This document shows positions 58,803-76,404 of a stretch of 124,000 nucleotides of DNA, in pieces. Below the pieces are notes generated by a model that searched no databases, was not told the DNA's origin, and saw only the letters and a list, made by a program, of their open reading frames with translations. This DNA comes from Hyalangium minutum. GTDB taxonomy: Bacteria > Myxococcota > Myxococcia > Myxococcales > Myxococcaceae. Each line of letters opens with the position of its first letter. Positions within the stretch are counted from its first letter, which is position 1. The position numbers and the translations under genes were made by a program. The DNA lies in NCBI RefSeq assembly GCF_000737315.1, contig NZ_JMCB01000002.1, positions 20,001 to 144,000 on the forward strand, written 5' to 3'.

Positions 58803-60103
58803 AGCAGGAAAGCCAGCAGCAAGAAGCCGAGGATGTCTTTGAACTCGAGCCGCGCCACGGTGAGCAACGGCAGGGCCCAGAAGGGCTGGATGAGATCCGT
58901 GGCCATGTCTCCCCACGCGTACGCCAGCACCACCTTCTCCGGCGCCACGCCCAGCGAGGACGCCGCGTTCAGCAGGTAGGGCGCCTCGATGGCCCACTTG
59001 GAGCCGCCCGAGGGTACGAAGTAGTTCACCACCCCGCTGTAGAGGTAGACGATGGCGGGGAACGTCTCGCGCGTGGAGAGCGACACGAACAGCTCGCCGA
59101 TTCGGTCGGTGAGTCCGGTGGCCTTGAAGATGCCGTAGATGCCCGCGTACAGCGGGAACTGCAGGACGATGCCATGCAGCACGGAGCCGGCCTCCTCGCT
59201 GGCCTTGAGCAGCCGGGCCGGGGTGAGGTGCAGCAACACCGCCAGCGTGAGGAACAGGAAGTTCACCACGTTGAGATTGAGGGCCCTCCAGCCCCCGTTG
59301 AGCGCCAGGTGTCGCGCGAACCACGCCAGCCCGAGCACGCCGAAGATGACATTGAGCAGCCACGCGTGATCCAGCCATACCGCGACGCTGCGCTCGGTGG
59401 GGCGCTCGGGGGGAACGAAGTCGCCCAGCTTCTCCAGCACTGCGGGCTCCACCTTCACCGTGGCCTCGGGCTTGGGGTGCAGCGCCCAGGCCAGCACCGC
59501 GAGCCCCGCCACCACCGCCACCGTGAGCCCCAGGTTGAACGCGGAGAACAGGGTGAGATTGATGGGAATGATGCCCAGCTGCTTCTCCAGGAAGTGCCCC
59601 GGCGTGGCCACCAGCAGCGGGGCGGAGGCCGACAGGCCCGCATGCCAGGTGGCGCCCAGGCCGAAGTAGGCGCAGGCCACCAGCAGGCGATAGTCCACGT
59701 CCGGCTGCCGCCTCGCCACGAAGCGCACCAGCATGGCGCTGGCCACCAGCGAGAGGCCCCAGTTGATGTAGGCCAGGCCCATGGAGACGCCGGCCATCAG
59801 CGCCACCGCGCCCCGAGGGCTCTTCGCCAGGCCCGCCAGCCGCTCCAGCAGCGTGCGCACCGGGGAGGTGAGGGCCAGCAGGTAGCCGGTGAACATCACC
59901 AGCGCCATCTGCATGGAGAAGGGGAGCAGCTCCCAGAAGCCACCGCCCCAGGCGCCCAGCACCTGCTCGGGCGAGGCGCCCGCCCACCCGAGGGCGAGCC
60001 CCATCGTGAGCAGGCTGAGCAGGACGGCAATGGCAAACGCGCTCGGGACGAAGCGCGAGGAGAAGCGGCCGAGTCCTTCCGCGATCCGGACGAGGGTCTC
60101 CAC
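58760..60103 (-). CDS. atoE: Short-chain fatty acid transporter (AtoE/TIGR00366)
   Basis: WGGGFWELL.FSMQMAL, GLSASAPL, LQFPLYAGIYG, FVPSGGSKWAIE, QPFWALPLL. Confidence 0.88.
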   Translation of the reverse strand: METLVRIAEGLGRFSSRFVPSAFAIAVLLSLLTMGLALGWAGASPEQVLGAWGGGFWELLPFSMQMALVMFTGYLLALTSPVRTLLERLAGLAKSPRGAVALMAGVSMGLAYINWGLSLVASAMLVRFVARRQPDVDYRLLVACAYFGLGATWHAGLSASAPLLVATPGHFLEKQLGIIPINLTLFSAFNLGLTVAVVAGLAVLAWALHPKPEATVKVEPAVLEKLGDFVPPERPTERSVAVWLDHAWLLNVIFGVLGLAWFARHLALNGGWRALNLNVVNFLFLTLAVLLHLTPARLLKASEEAGSVLHGIVLQFPLYAGIYGIFKATGLTDRIGELFVSLSTRETFPAIVYLYSGVVNYFVPSGGSKWAIEAPYLLNAASSLGVAPEKVVLAYAWGDMATDLIQPFWALPLLTVARLEFKDILGFLLLAFLLYLPFVTLAFFLFG

Positions 60104-60249
60104 GAGCGGGCTCCAGTCAATCGCAAGGTGGGCCTTGCGGGCGGCGTCGAAGAGAGCGTTTTACGGTAAGCGCTGGAGGAAGTCGCCTTTCCACGCGCCG
60201 TGGAAGGAGGCTCGACACGCGAACCGAGCCGCGATAGCCCGGAGCCATC

Positions 60250-61068
60250 ATGTACCACCTGCTCAAGCTCGGCCCCGTGCAGCTCTCCCAGGACACCACG
60301 AACGTGTACCTACGGGTGACAAGCGCGGGGGACTTCGCGCCGCCCGTCTTCGAGCACGATGACGAGGCCGGTGTGCAGGCCCTGCTCGAGGGCGTGGAGC
60401 CTTCGGGCGTGAGCTGCGAGCCCGGCCTGGCGGAGGTCGCGGAGCGCCTGGGGCTCCGCGTGGAGTCTCCGCCACTGGAGGTGCTCTCGGCGCGCGCGGC
60501 CATTGGCACCTTCATGGCGTGGGAGCAGCGAGGCGTTGCGGGGCTCGGGGCGGACAAGGCGCTGCTCTTCGTCCAGGCCGCCACCGAATTCTATGAGGCC
60601 CGGCCGTGGAAGCACTGGGATGACAGCCAGCCGTTCCACATCAGCGTCTCCGGCGCGCTCACGCGCACGTACGAGGGCAGCGTCTTCGGCGGAGAGGACG
60701 GTGGCGAGGGGCTCGCGCTCTACGAGCAGGCTGGGGCCCTCAAGGTGCTGATGGACCTGCAGGGGAGCGGCAAGGACGCCGCCGCCAGCCAGCTGCCCGC
60801 CATTGGCGTCACGCTGGACACGCGGCCTGAGTACGCCATTCAGGCGCTGGCCGCCGCGGGCCGCGCGCCCCGGTTACCCCTGCCGCTCAAGACGGGCCCT
60901 TCGGGGGTCTCCATGCCGTCCCTGGTGGAGGCGCTGGTGCTGGTGGCCACGCTGCGGGCAGTGGCTCGGCTGGATTTGACGCGGCGTGAAGCCCTGAGCA
61001 CCGTGGTTGCGGGCCAGGAGCAGATGTCCGTCCGAGTGCTTGCCCCTCAGCCGCGCGTGCGGAACTAA
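60250..61068 (+). CDS. Hypothetical protein
   Basis: 272 aa, high GC3, GGAG RBS. Confidence 0.7.
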   Translation: MYHLLKLGPVQLSQDTTNVYLRVTSAGDFAPPVFEHDDEAGVQALLEGVEPSGVSCEPGLAEVAERLGLRVESPPLEVLSARAAIGTFMAWEQRGVAGLGADKALLFVQAATEFYEARPWKHWDDSQPFHISVSGALTRTYEGSVFGGEDGGEGLALYEQAGALKVLMDLQGSGKDAAASQLPAIGVTLDTRPEYAIQALAAAGRAPRLPLPLKTGPSGVSMPSLVEALVLVATLRAVARLDLTRREALSTVVAGQEQMSVRVLAPQPRVRN

Positions 61069-61239
61069 AGCGTTCGGTAGCAGACGTTGCAGGGGCAGGA
61101 CTGTCTCCTACCCACCAAGCGGACACGGGGCCGGGGCTGGCGTGTCCAGCAGGAATCAAAGAGAACTTCGCTCCGCTCAGTATTCCCGTGTCCACGGCGA
61201 GGGACCGCTTTGACCGCCGTGGACCAGCCAGGGGCTCGA

Positions 61240-67742
<6,503 letters not shown>

Positions 67743-67746
<4 letters not shown>

Positions 67747-68576
67747 GCAGCGTCACCCACAGCGCGGAGCTGGAGTCCCTCGAGGTGGAGCTGCTCCTCG
67801 AGGGCGTCCGGCGCCAGTATGGCTTTGACCTGCGCAACCACTCGCGGCCGCTGCTGTTGCGGCGGCTGCGGCGGCACCTGCGCGAGGAACGGCTGGAGAC
67901 CTTCTCCGGGCTGCAGGGCCGCGTGCTGCACGACCCGGAGGCGATGGAGGGCCTGCTGCGCGCCCTGGCCTGTCCTCCCGACACGCTCTTCTCCGACCCG
68001 TCCTTCTTCCAGGACTTCCGTGCGCGCGTGGTGCCCATGCTGCGCACCTACCCGTCCATCCGCGTGTGGCATGCGGGCTGCTACTCGGGCGAGGACACCT
68101 ACGCGCTGGCCATCCTGCTGATGGAGGAGGGGCTCTGGGGGCGCTGCCGCTTGTATGCCTCGGATGCCAGCGGTGGGCTGCTGTCGGACGCGCGCAACGG
68201 CGTGCTGCGGCTGCCTGGCGAGGAGGACGCGCGCAACTACCGCGAGGCTGGTGGCAAGCGCGCGCTGACGGACTACTACACCCGCGACGGGGACTGGGCG
68301 GTGCTGCACCCCAGCCTGCGCGAGGGCATCTTCTTCACCCAGCACAACCTGGCCACGGACGCCTCCTTCAACGAGTTCCAGGTCATCTTGTGCCGGGATA
68401 CGCTGCTGGCCTACAACCGGGCCCTGGCCAGCCGCGCCCATGAGCGCCTCTACGAGAGCCTCGTGCGGTTCGGCTTCCTGTGCCTGGGCCGCAAGGAGAC
68501 CTTGGCTCGCACGCCTTACGCGGCGGCGTACGAGGAGCTGGAAGGCACGGGCCGCGTGTACCGGAGGACCGCATGA
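67743..68576 (+). CDS. CheR-family methyltransferase (divergent)
   Basis: [38 protein letters not shown]. Confidence 0.85.
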
Positions 68577-69115
68577 GCCCCCTGGGGCTGTTGGTGGTCG
68601 GCGCACCGCATGAGGCCTCGGCCGAGGTGGAGGCCCTGCTCGCCTCGCTTCCGTCGAGTCTGCCCGTCCCCGTGGTGCTGGTGGTCCACCGCCGCGCCCA
68701 GGAGCTGCTGGCCGGCTCGCTGGCCCGCCGCTGCCCCCTGCCCGTGCTCGAGCCGGACGACAAGGACGAGCTCGTCGCTGGCCGCGTGTACCTGGCGCCC
68801 TCGGGCTATCACCTGCTGGTGGACCGTGGCTGCGTCTGCCTCTCGCGCGAGCCCGCCGAGCATGGCCAGCGGCCCGCCGTGGATCCGCTCTTCGAGTCCG
68901 CCGCGGATGCCTATGGCCCCGCCGCCGCCGCGCTGCTCTTCAGCGGTCACGACGACGGCTGGGCCGGGCTGGCCACGCTGGGGGCTCGCGGAGGACACGT
69001 GGCCGTCATCGGCGAGGGCGAGCCCGTGGAGGGCGTGGAGCGCGTCCCGCTGAAGGATGTGAAGGTCTGGCTGGCCCGGTTGTCCTACGTGCCTCGAATG
69101 AAGGTGCAACCGTGA
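68573..69115 (+). CDS. Stand-alone CheB methylesterase-domain protein (catalytic Ser absent)
   Basis: VYLAPSGYHLLV, RPAVDPLFESAA; GAPHEA replaces GxSxGG. Confidence 0.8.
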   Translation: MSPLGLLVVGAPHEASAEVEALLASLPSSLPVPVVLVVHRRAQELLAGSLARRCPLPVLEPDDKDELVAGRVYLAPSGYHLLVDRGCVCLSREPAEHGQRPAVDPLFESAADAYGPAAAALLFSGHDDGWAGLATLGARGGHVAVIGEGEPVEGVERVPLKDVKVWLARLSYVPRMKVQP

Positions 69116-70788
69116 GTGTTCCGTTGAAGGACAAGGTCCCCATCCTCATGGTGGACGATCAGCCCGAGGGGTTGATGGCGCTGGAAGCGACGCTCGCTCC
69201 GCTGGGGCAGCAGCTCGTCATCGCCCAGAGCGGCCGCGAGGCGCTGCGCCACCTGCTGCACCAGGACTTCGCCGTGGTGCTGCTGGACGTGGTGATGCCG
69301 GACATGGATGGGTTCGAGACGGCCCAGCTCATCCGCGAGCGCGAGCGCAGCCGCAACACTCCCATCCTCTTCCTCACCGCCTTGTCCCGGGGCGAGGTGC
69401 CCGAGTTCCGCGCCTACGCGGTGGGCGCGGTGGACTACCTGCTCAAGCCCTTCGAGCCGGACATCCTCCGCTCCAAGGTGAACATCTTCGTGGACCTGTT
69501 CCGCAAGACGGAGATGGTGCGCCGCCAGGCGGAGGCTCTGCGCGAGGCCGAGCGGCGCGAGCACGAGCGCGAGCTGGCCGCTGCCCACCAGCGGCTGGAG
69601 GTGGAGCGCTCCCGCTGGCGCGAGGAGCTGCTGCGCAAGGAGATGGAGACGGGCCGCAACCAGCAGCGCTGGCTGGAGGCGGTGCTGGCCGCGCTGCCCA
69701 CGCCTCTGGCGCTCCTGGAGCCAAGCACCGGGCACACCCTCTTCGCCAACCGCGCTGCCCAGGAGCTGGCGGACGGCTGCCTCATCTACCGCGAGGCCCG
69801 GCAGCTTCACCCGGAGGTGTCCTTCATGGACGCCGAGGGCAAGGCGCTGCCCCACGAGGCCCTGCCCACCTCGCGCGCCGCTCGGGGCGAGCGGCTCAAT
69901 GGCGTGCCCGTGGAGTGGCGCCAGGGCGAGCAGCACGGCGCGGCGCTGGCCTTCTCCTCGCGGCTGCCGCAGATGCACGGCCGCCCGGAGACCGTACTGC
70001 TGGCCCTGCTGGACGTGACGGCGCTGCATGTCACCGAGAAGAACCTCCAGCGCGCGGTGCACGTGCGTGATGACTTCCTCTCCCTGGCCAGCCATGAGCT
70101 GCGCACCCCGCTCACCTCGCTCAAGGTCCACATCCAGGGCGCCCTGCGTGCCGCGGCCCGCCGCAACGAGGAGGCGCTCCCCATGGCCCAGTACGTCGCC
70201 AAGCTGGAGACGCTGGACCACAACGTCAGCCGGCTCACGGAGCTGGTGGACAAGCTGCTGGACATCTCCCGCATCAACGCGGGCCGCCTCGACTTCGAGC
70301 TGACGGAAGTGGACCTGGCGGCAGTGGTGCGCGAGGTGGTCTCACGCTTCTCCGAGGAGGTGTCTCGGGCAGGTTGCACGCTCGCGGTGCAGGCCGAGCA
70401 CCGCGTGGTCGGCAAGTGGGACCGGAACCGGGTGGAGCAGGTGGTGACGAACCTGCTCACCAACGCCCTCAAGTATGGCGCCGGCGCGCCCGTGGAGGTC
70501 TCGGTGCGCGAGGAGGCCACCCACGCCGTCCTGGAGATTCGCGATCAGGGGATCGGCATCCAGGAGGAGGATCGCCGCCGCATCTTCGAGCGCTTCGAGC
70601 GGGCCGTTCCCCATGACAACTACAGCGGCTTCGGGCTGGGGTTGTGGATCGTCCAGGAGATCGTCACCGGTCTGGGTGGCTCGGTGGCGGTCGAGAGCTC
70701 TCCGGGCAAGGGTGCCCTCTTCCGAGTACAGCTGCCCTGGACGCGTGAGCCGCAAGCGGGTGAGTGGCGGCGGGCTGCCCAGGCATGA
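69112..70788 (+). CDS. Receiver-PAS-histidine kinase hybrid
   Basis: ILMVDD...LLDVVMPDMDGFE; [19 protein letters not shown]. Confidence 0.93.
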   Translation: MSVPLKDKVPILMVDDQPEGLMALEATLAPLGQQLVIAQSGREALRHLLHQDFAVVLLDVVMPDMDGFETAQLIRERERSRNTPILFLTALSRGEVPEFRAYAVGAVDYLLKPFEPDILRSKVNIFVDLFRKTEMVRRQAEALREAERREHERELAAAHQRLEVERSRWREELLRKEMETGRNQQRWLEAVLAALPTPLALLEPSTGHTLFANRAAQELADGCLIYREARQLHPEVSFMDAEGKALPHEALPTSRAARGERLNGVPVEWRQGEQHGAALAFSSRLPQMHGRPETVLLALLDVTALHVTEKNLQRAVHVRDDFLSLASHELRTPLTSLKVHIQGALRAAARRNEEALPMAQYVAKLETLDHNVSRLTELVDKLLDISRINAGRLDFELTEVDLAAVVREVVSRFSEEVSRAGCTLAVQAEHRVVGKWDRNRVEQVVTNLLTNALKYGAGAPVEVSVREEATHAVLEIRDQGIGIQEEDRRRIFERFERAVPHDNYSGFGLGLWIVQEIVTGLGGSVAVESSPGKGALFRVQLPWTREPQAGEWRRAAQA

Positions 70789-70854
70789 ACACGAGCCCTC
70801 CATAAACTCCAAAGAAAAGGTTGATTTACAAAACATCGTAGGCAAGGTGGGGGG

Positions 70855-71259
70855 GTGAGTGACGCGGTCATCCCCCCGCGGGTTCAGCGGTTCATCTCGA
70901 CGCACATCGACTCCATCGAGAAGCTGGAAGTCTTGTTGTTGTTGCGGGCGCGTGCAGAGCGGGAGTGGACTGCCCGCGACGTGAGCCTGGAGCTGCGCAT
71001 CACCGATGCCTCGGCGGCGGCGCGCCTGCAGGACCTCACCGCGCGCCGGCTCCTGGTGGAGAAGGCGGGCTCTCCCTCCAGCTATCGCTTCCAGCCGGCC
71101 AGCTCCGAGGACGAGCAGGCCGTGGCGGAACTGCAGGAGACCTACAACACGCGGCGGGTGAGCGTCATCTCATTCATCTTCTCAAAGCCCTTGGACAAGG
71201 TGCGGGGCTTCGCGGATGCGTTCCGCCTGAAGCGAGACAAGGACGACGGCCATGGCTGA
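70855..71259 (+). CDS. Conserved hypothetical protein (wHTH-like)
   Basis: FISTHIDSIEKLEVLLLL...W...VSLELRI; coupled to the following DUF5985-like genes. Confidence 0.7.
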   Translation: MSDAVIPPRVQRFISTHIDSIEKLEVLLLLRARAEREWTARDVSLELRITDASAAARLQDLTARRLLVEKAGSPSSYRFQPASSEDEQAVAELQETYNTRRVSVISFIFSKPLDKVRGFADAFRLKRDKDDGHG

Positions 71260-71512
71260 GGCGGTCTACATCCTCTGTGCTCTCACGAGCGTGGCGTGCG
71301 CGGTGCTGCTGCTGCGAGGCTACTCCCGCTCGGGCCAGCGCCTGTTGCTGTGGAGCGGGCTGTGCTTCGTGGCGCTGGCCCTCAGCAATGTGCTGCTCTT
71401 CGTAGACCTGGTGCTCATAGGGCCGGAAACGGACTTGAGCCTCTTGCGCATCTCGCTGGCACTGCTGGGGGTGGCCACGCTGCTCTACGGCTTGATCTGG
71501 GACTCGCAATGA
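71252..71512 (+). CDS. DUF5985-like small membrane protein
   Basis: AVYILCALTSVACAVLLLRGY...LLLWSGLCF. Confidence 0.75.
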   Translation: MAEAVYILCALTSVACAVLLLRGYSRSGQRLLLWSGLCFVALALSNVLLFVDLVLIGPETDLSLLRISLALLGVATLLYGLIWDSQ

Positions 71513-71796
71513 ACACGTTCCTCACGGTCAAGACGATGATGAGTGGCGGGCTGGTGATGGCCTGTGTGGCGTGTGCCGTCTTCTTCCTGCGCTTCTGGAA
71601 GTCGTCCCGGGACCGGCTCTTCGCCTTCTTCGCCCTCGCCTTCGGGGTCATGGCGCTCAATTGGCTGTCACTGGCGCTGCTCCAGGTAGACGATGAGCGG
71701 CGCCACTACCTCTATGTGGTCCGCCTGGTGTCCTTTCTGCTGATCCTCTACGCCATCTGGGACAAGAACCGGGCCGGCCGCGGCAGCCGCTCCTGA
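71509..71796 (+). CDS. DUF5985-like small membrane protein
   Basis: FFLRFWKSSRDRLFAFFALAF...YAIWDKNR; ATGA overlap. Confidence 0.75.
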   Translation: MNTFLTVKTMMSGGLVMACVACAVFFLRFWKSSRDRLFAFFALAFGVMALNWLSLALLQVDDERRHYLYVVRLVSFLLILYAIWDKNRAGRGSRS

Positions 71797-71987
71797 GCCA
71801 GCCCGCAGTGACACGGAGTCAACACTCCGTGCGCCCTGTTCCCCAGACGGGCGTACCTGTCCGCCTGTGAGCGCCGAGGGAAAAGGCGCGGTCGAGCCGA
71901 TTTGTCGGCCTGTACCCCTTGCCGAACTGTGGATCCATCCGCATGTCGTCAGGACACTGTCCACTTGGCGGTGGGGGAAGATCCGAC

Positions 71988-74192
71988 ATGCGGGAAGAAC
72001 TGCCAGTCGCGAGCATCCTCCTGGTGGACGATCACCCGCCCAACCTCGTCGCGTTGGAGGCGGCGCTAGAGCCACTGGGGCAGCGGCTGGTGAAGGTGCG
72101 CTCCGGGACGGAGGCGCTCCAGCGGCTCGCCAGCGAGGACTTCGCCGCGGTGCTGCTGGATGTGCAGATGCCCGAGCTGGACGGGTACCAGACGGCGCGG
72201 CTCATCAAATCCCAGGAGCGCAGCCGCCACGTGCCGCTGCTCTTCCTCACCGCGAGCCAGAGGGACGAGCGGCAGGTGCTGCGGGGCTACGCGCAGGGCG
72301 CGGTGGACTACCTGCTCAAGCCGCTGGATCCGGACGTGCTGCGCGCCAAGGTGGCCGTCTTCGTGAACCTGTACCAGCGCCAGGAGGAGCTGCGCCAGCG
72401 CGAGGCCCGGCTGCGTGAGCACGAGCGGCAGTTGCTGGTGCGCCAGACGGAGGCGCACTCGCGCGCCCTGCTGGAGTCCATGCCCCAAGCGGTGTGGGCC
72501 GCGTGGACGGATGACACCCAGGCCTGGTGCAACCCCGCGTGGATGAAGCTGACGGGGACGCAGCATCCGGTGGCCTCGAGGCAGGACTTTCTGGCGGCCA
72601 TCCACCCGGACGAGCGCGCGGCAGTGGAGGCGGGCTGGCGCGAGGCCCTGCGGACGGGGCTCTCGTGGGAGGCGCAGCACCGGCTGGGAGGCCCGGAGGC
72701 CTGGCGCTGGCACCGGCTGCGCGTGACGCCGCTGCCTTGCGAGGGGCAGCAGCTGCGCGGCTTCCTCTGCACGGCGGCGGACCTCGACGACGAGCGCCGC
72801 AGCCAGGAGGTGGCCCAGCTGCTCTCCCATGCCAGCGTGATGCTCTCCTCCGCGCTGGACTTTCACGCCACGCTGGCTCGCCTGGCGCAGCTCGTGGTGC
72901 CGCGCTTCGCGGACTGGTGCGCGGTGGACGTGGTGGACACCGAGCGGCCCCAGGGCGGGCTCAGCCGCGTGGCGGTGGCCCACATGGAGTCCCACAAGGC
73001 CGAGCGCGTGCTCGAGCTCCACCAGCGCTATCCTCCCGGGGCGGTGAACCTGCCAGGCGTGGCGGCGGTGTTCACCTCCGGGAAGTCCGAGCTGCTGGCG
73101 GAGGTGCCGGACACGCTGCTGCGGCGGCTCTCCGAGGACTCCGAGCACCTGGCGCTGCTGCGCGAGGTGGGCTTCCAATCCTGCATCCACGTGCCCATCC
73201 GCGCCCGGGAGCGGACCTTCGGCGTGCTGACCTTCGCCATCTCCAGCAAGCGCCACCGGTATGACGCAAGAGACCTGGCGCTGGCCGAGGAGCTGGGCCG
73301 GCGCGCGGGTGTGGCCATGGACAACGCGCTGCTGTACCGGGAGGCCCAGCGGGCCCAGCGCGCGGCCCAGGAGGCCAACCGCCTCAAGGACGAGTTCCTT
73401 GCCACGCTCTCGCACGAGCTGCGCACGCCGCTGACGTCCATCCTCGGGTGGACGCAGATCCTCCTCAAGCGCGACGACCTGGACGAGGTGGGCCGCCGCC
73501 GGGGGCTGGCCACCATCGAGCGCAACGCGCGCGTGCAGCGCCAATTGGTGGAGGACTTGCTGGATGTCTCGCGCATCACCAGCGGCAAGCTGCTGCTCAA
73601 CCTGAAGGAAGTGTCGCTGCGCGAGGTAGCGGAGGCCGCCCTGGAGAGCGTGCGTCCGACGGCCGAGGCGCGCGGGGTGGGGCTTCAGGCGGAGCTGGGG
73701 GACATCCACGACACCGTGCTGGCGGATGCCACGCGGCTGCAGCAGGTGCTGTGGAACCTGCTCACCAACGCGTTGAAGTTCACGGATCGCGGCGGGTGTG
73801 TGTGGCTCACGGGCAGCCGTGATGGGGACACGGTGAGGCTCACGGTGCGAGACACGGGCAAGGGCATCTCGCCCGAGCTGCTGCCCCACGTCTTCGAGCG
73901 CTTCCGCCAGGGCGACATCGGCCGGGAGCAGGGAGGTCTGGGCTTGGGGCTCGCCATCGTGCGGCACCTGGTGGAGCTGCACGGGGGCTTCGTGGCCGTG
74001 CAGAGCGAAGGGCCCGGCGCGGGCTCCGTGTTCACCGTCCAGCTGCCCCTGCGCGCCAGCCGCTCCGAACGCCTGCCTGAGCGTGTGGCCGCCGCGGAGC
74101 TTTCGGGACACTCGGAGCCAGAGCGCTCGCACGCCATGTCCGACGAGTTGGTCGCGGCAGTGGCCTCGCTGATGAGCCAGGCCACCCACTGA
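71988..74192 (+). CDS. Receiver-PAS-GAF-histidine kinase hybrid
   Basis: LLVDDHPPN, LDVQMPELDG; PRFADWC GAF; [20 protein letters not shown]. Confidence 0.93.
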   Translation: MREELPVASILLVDDHPPNLVALEAALEPLGQRLVKVRSGTEALQRLASEDFAAVLLDVQMPELDGYQTARLIKSQERSRHVPLLFLTASQRDERQVLRGYAQGAVDYLLKPLDPDVLRAKVAVFVNLYQRQEELRQREARLREHERQLLVRQTEAHSRALLESMPQAVWAAWTDDTQAWCNPAWMKLTGTQHPVASRQDFLAAIHPDERAAVEAGWREALRTGLSWEAQHRLGGPEAWRWHRLRVTPLPCEGQQLRGFLCTAADLDDERRSQEVAQLLSHASVMLSSALDFHATLARLAQLVVPRFADWCAVDVVDTERPQGGLSRVAVAHMESHKAERVLELHQRYPPGAVNLPGVAAVFTSGKSELLAEVPDTLLRRLSEDSEHLALLREVGFQSCIHVPIRARERTFGVLTFAISSKRHRYDARDLALAEELGRRAGVAMDNALLYREAQRAQRAAQEANRLKDEFLATLSHELRTPLTSILGWTQILLKRDDLDEVGRRRGLATIERNARVQRQLVEDLLDVSRITSGKLLLNLKEVSLREVAEAALESVRPTAEARGVGLQAELGDIHDTVLADATRLQQVLWNLLTNALKFTDRGGCVWLTGSRDGDTVRLTVRDTGKGISPELLPHVFERFRQGDIGREQGGLGLGLAIVRHLVELHGGFVAVQSEGPGAGSVFTVQLPLRASRSERLPERVAAAELSGHSEPERSHAMSDELVAAVASLMSQATH

Positions 74193-74449
74193 GGCTGCCC
74201 TTTCATCGGGTCTGAAAGTTCTTCCGCAGGGCCTGCTGAAGTTCTTACCGAGTGCCACCCTACATATGGATCCGCTGGTGGCAGATCGGCTCCTCGCACT
74301 GTCCGAAATCCGAATGCGATCAACCGCTTGAGAGGGGACTGGCAGCCGTACGGGCCTGGGGCAGGGCAGGCACGGATATCGCATCGCAGTGAATGGTCCG
74401 GCCGGGGGTGGGTGGCCGGGAGTTGTCCCTCTCAAGGTGATCCGAGCCC

Positions 74450-76309
74450 GTGCAAGCGCCTCCGTCTGCCTGCCATTGCGAGAGTCAGCACCGTGAGGCG
74501 GACCACTGCCCCACGCTCGTTCGCTCGGGTGAGGGGCCGGTAGCGCGGCCGCTGCTGGAGCGGGAGGAGAACTTCCTGGGGCAGAAGTTCGGCAGCTTCG
74601 AGGTGGTGCGCGAGCTGGGGCGGGGAGGGATGGGCTCGGTGTGGCTCGCCGAGCACACGCTCATCCGCAAGCGTGTCGCGGTGAAGGTGCTGCATGCGCA
74701 CCTGGCGAAGGATCGGCGGCTGGTGGCGCGGTTCCTCTCCGAGGCACGCACGCTGACGGTGATCCAGCACGAGAACGTGGTGGCGCTGCAGGACCTGGAC
74801 ATGCGGGAAGGGCGCCCCTACCTGGTGATGGAGTACCTGGAGGGGCAGAATCTGGCCGCGTTCGCGGAAGGTCCGCTGGAGCCGGCGCTGGTGGTGGAGC
74901 TGCTCTCCCAGGTGTGCGATGCGCTGGCGGCCGCGCACGCGCACGGCGTGGTGCACCGGGATCTCAAGCCCGCCAATGTCTTCCTCGTGCCCATGGGCAA
75001 CGGGCGCCACCGGGTGAAGCTGCTGGACTTCGGCATTGCCAAGCTCCTGAGCTACCCCGGGGGGATGACGCCCACGCAGGAGGGGATGCTGCTGGGGACG
75101 CCGGAGTTCATGTCGCCGGAGCAGTGCAACGGCGAGACGGTGGATGGGCGCACGGACCTGTACGCGGTGGGGGTGATGGGCTACCTGCTGGGGACGGGAC
75201 GCTTGCCGTTCTCGGGGAGCCCGGCGGAGGTGCTGGTGGGGCACCTGATGAAGGCACCGCGCCTGCCTCACGAGGTGCGGCCGGAGGTTCCGCCGGCGCT
75301 CTCCCAGGTGTTGATGAAGGCGATGGCGAAGCGGCCGGAGGATCGGTTCTCCTCGGCCGCGGAGCTGCGGCAGGCGCTGCAGGCGGTGCTGAAGCCAGAG
75401 CCTGCGAAGGCCTCGATGCTGATGGCGCGGGTGCGGGCCAATGGACGGCCGGCCTTCGAGGAGCTGCGCTGCGAGCGGGTGGGACGGGCGGGGCTCTTCC
75501 TTCAGACGGAGTCGGTGCCGCCTCCGTTGCTGGAGGAGGTGGGGCTGCTGCTGCGGCTGCCAGGGGGGGAGCTGTCCTGCACGGCGCAGGTGGTGCGGCA
75601 CGTGTCCGCGGAGCAGGCGCGTCAGTGGAACATGGCGCCCGGCTTCGGGGTGCAGCTGCGCGACACGGCACCGGGCTTCCTGGAGGCGTTCGAGCGGCTG
75701 CTGGCGGGGGAGCGGCTGTCTCCGCAGACGCCGCCCTTGAGCAGCGCGCGGGAGGATGCGCGGGCGGAGGCGGTGCTTCAGCGCTACCGGGAGCGGCTGC
75801 AGGGAGACCACTACCTGGCGCTGGGCACGACGTGGGAGGCGGACTTCGACACGGTGCGCGGCTGCGCGCGCGCGGCCCGGCAGGCGCTGGAGCCGCTGCT
75901 GAAGCTGCCCTTGTCGCTGGGGCAGCGAGCACAGGTGGAGCGGGTGCTGGAGCGGGTGGCGCAGGCGGCGCACGTGCTGGGCCATCCGGAGCGGCGCACG
76001 GAGTACGACGCGGGGCTGCGCAACCTGGAGGGGCTGCTGCGGTGCCTGAGCGCGGGGCTCACGGTGACGGAGCTGGAGCGGTGCCGCCGCCAGTTCCTGG
76101 CGAAGAACCGGGTGCCCGAGGGACACGCGACGATCCACCTGAAGACGGGGGATGCGTTCGCCGCGCAGGGCAAGCTCACGGAGGCCCTGGTGGCCTACGG
76201 AGCGGCGCTGCGGGCGGATCCGCTGCACCTGGAGGCGCTCAAGCGCTGGCGCTCCCTGCGAGCCCGGCTGCTGACCGCCTCAGGCCCTTCTTCAGCGCTG
76301 GGGCGCTGA
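74450..76309 (+). CDS. Ser/Thr protein kinase with PilZ-like and J-like/TPR C-terminal domains
   Basis: LGRGGMG, VAVK, HRDLKPAN, DFG, GTPEFMSPEQ; GLFLQT...GFGVQL (PilZ-like); DHYLALG (J-like). Confidence 0.92.
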   Translation: MQAPPSACHCESQHREADHCPTLVRSGEGPVARPLLEREENFLGQKFGSFEVVRELGRGGMGSVWLAEHTLIRKRVAVKVLHAHLAKDRRLVARFLSEARTLTVIQHENVVALQDLDMREGRPYLVMEYLEGQNLAAFAEGPLEPALVVELLSQVCDALAAAHAHGVVHRDLKPANVFLVPMGNGRHRVKLLDFGIAKLLSYPGGMTPTQEGMLLGTPEFMSPEQCNGETVDGRTDLYAVGVMGYLLGTGRLPFSGSPAEVLVGHLMKAPRLPHEVRPEVPPALSQVLMKAMAKRPEDRFSSAAELRQALQAVLKPEPAKASMLMARVRANGRPAFEELRCERVGRAGLFLQTESVPPPLLEEVGLLLRLPGGELSCTAQVVRHVSAEQARQWNMAPGFGVQLRDTAPGFLEAFERLLAGERLSPQTPPLSSAREDARAEAVLQRYRERLQGDHYLALGTTWEADFDTVRGCARAARQALEPLLKLPLSLGQRAQVERVLERVAQAAHVLGHPERRTEYDAGLRNLEGLLRCLSAGLTVTELERCRRQFLAKNRVPEGHATIHLKTGDAFAAQGKLTEALVAYGAALRADPLHLEALKRWRSLRARLLTASGPSSALGR

Positions 76310-76404
76310 GCAGCCAGCCAAGTCGTGTGTACGCCAGATTCTACCTCTCCACACCTGCGGGACTTGCGTCCAAGGACAGGGTCCTCGTTAATCATCAGAG
76401 ACCC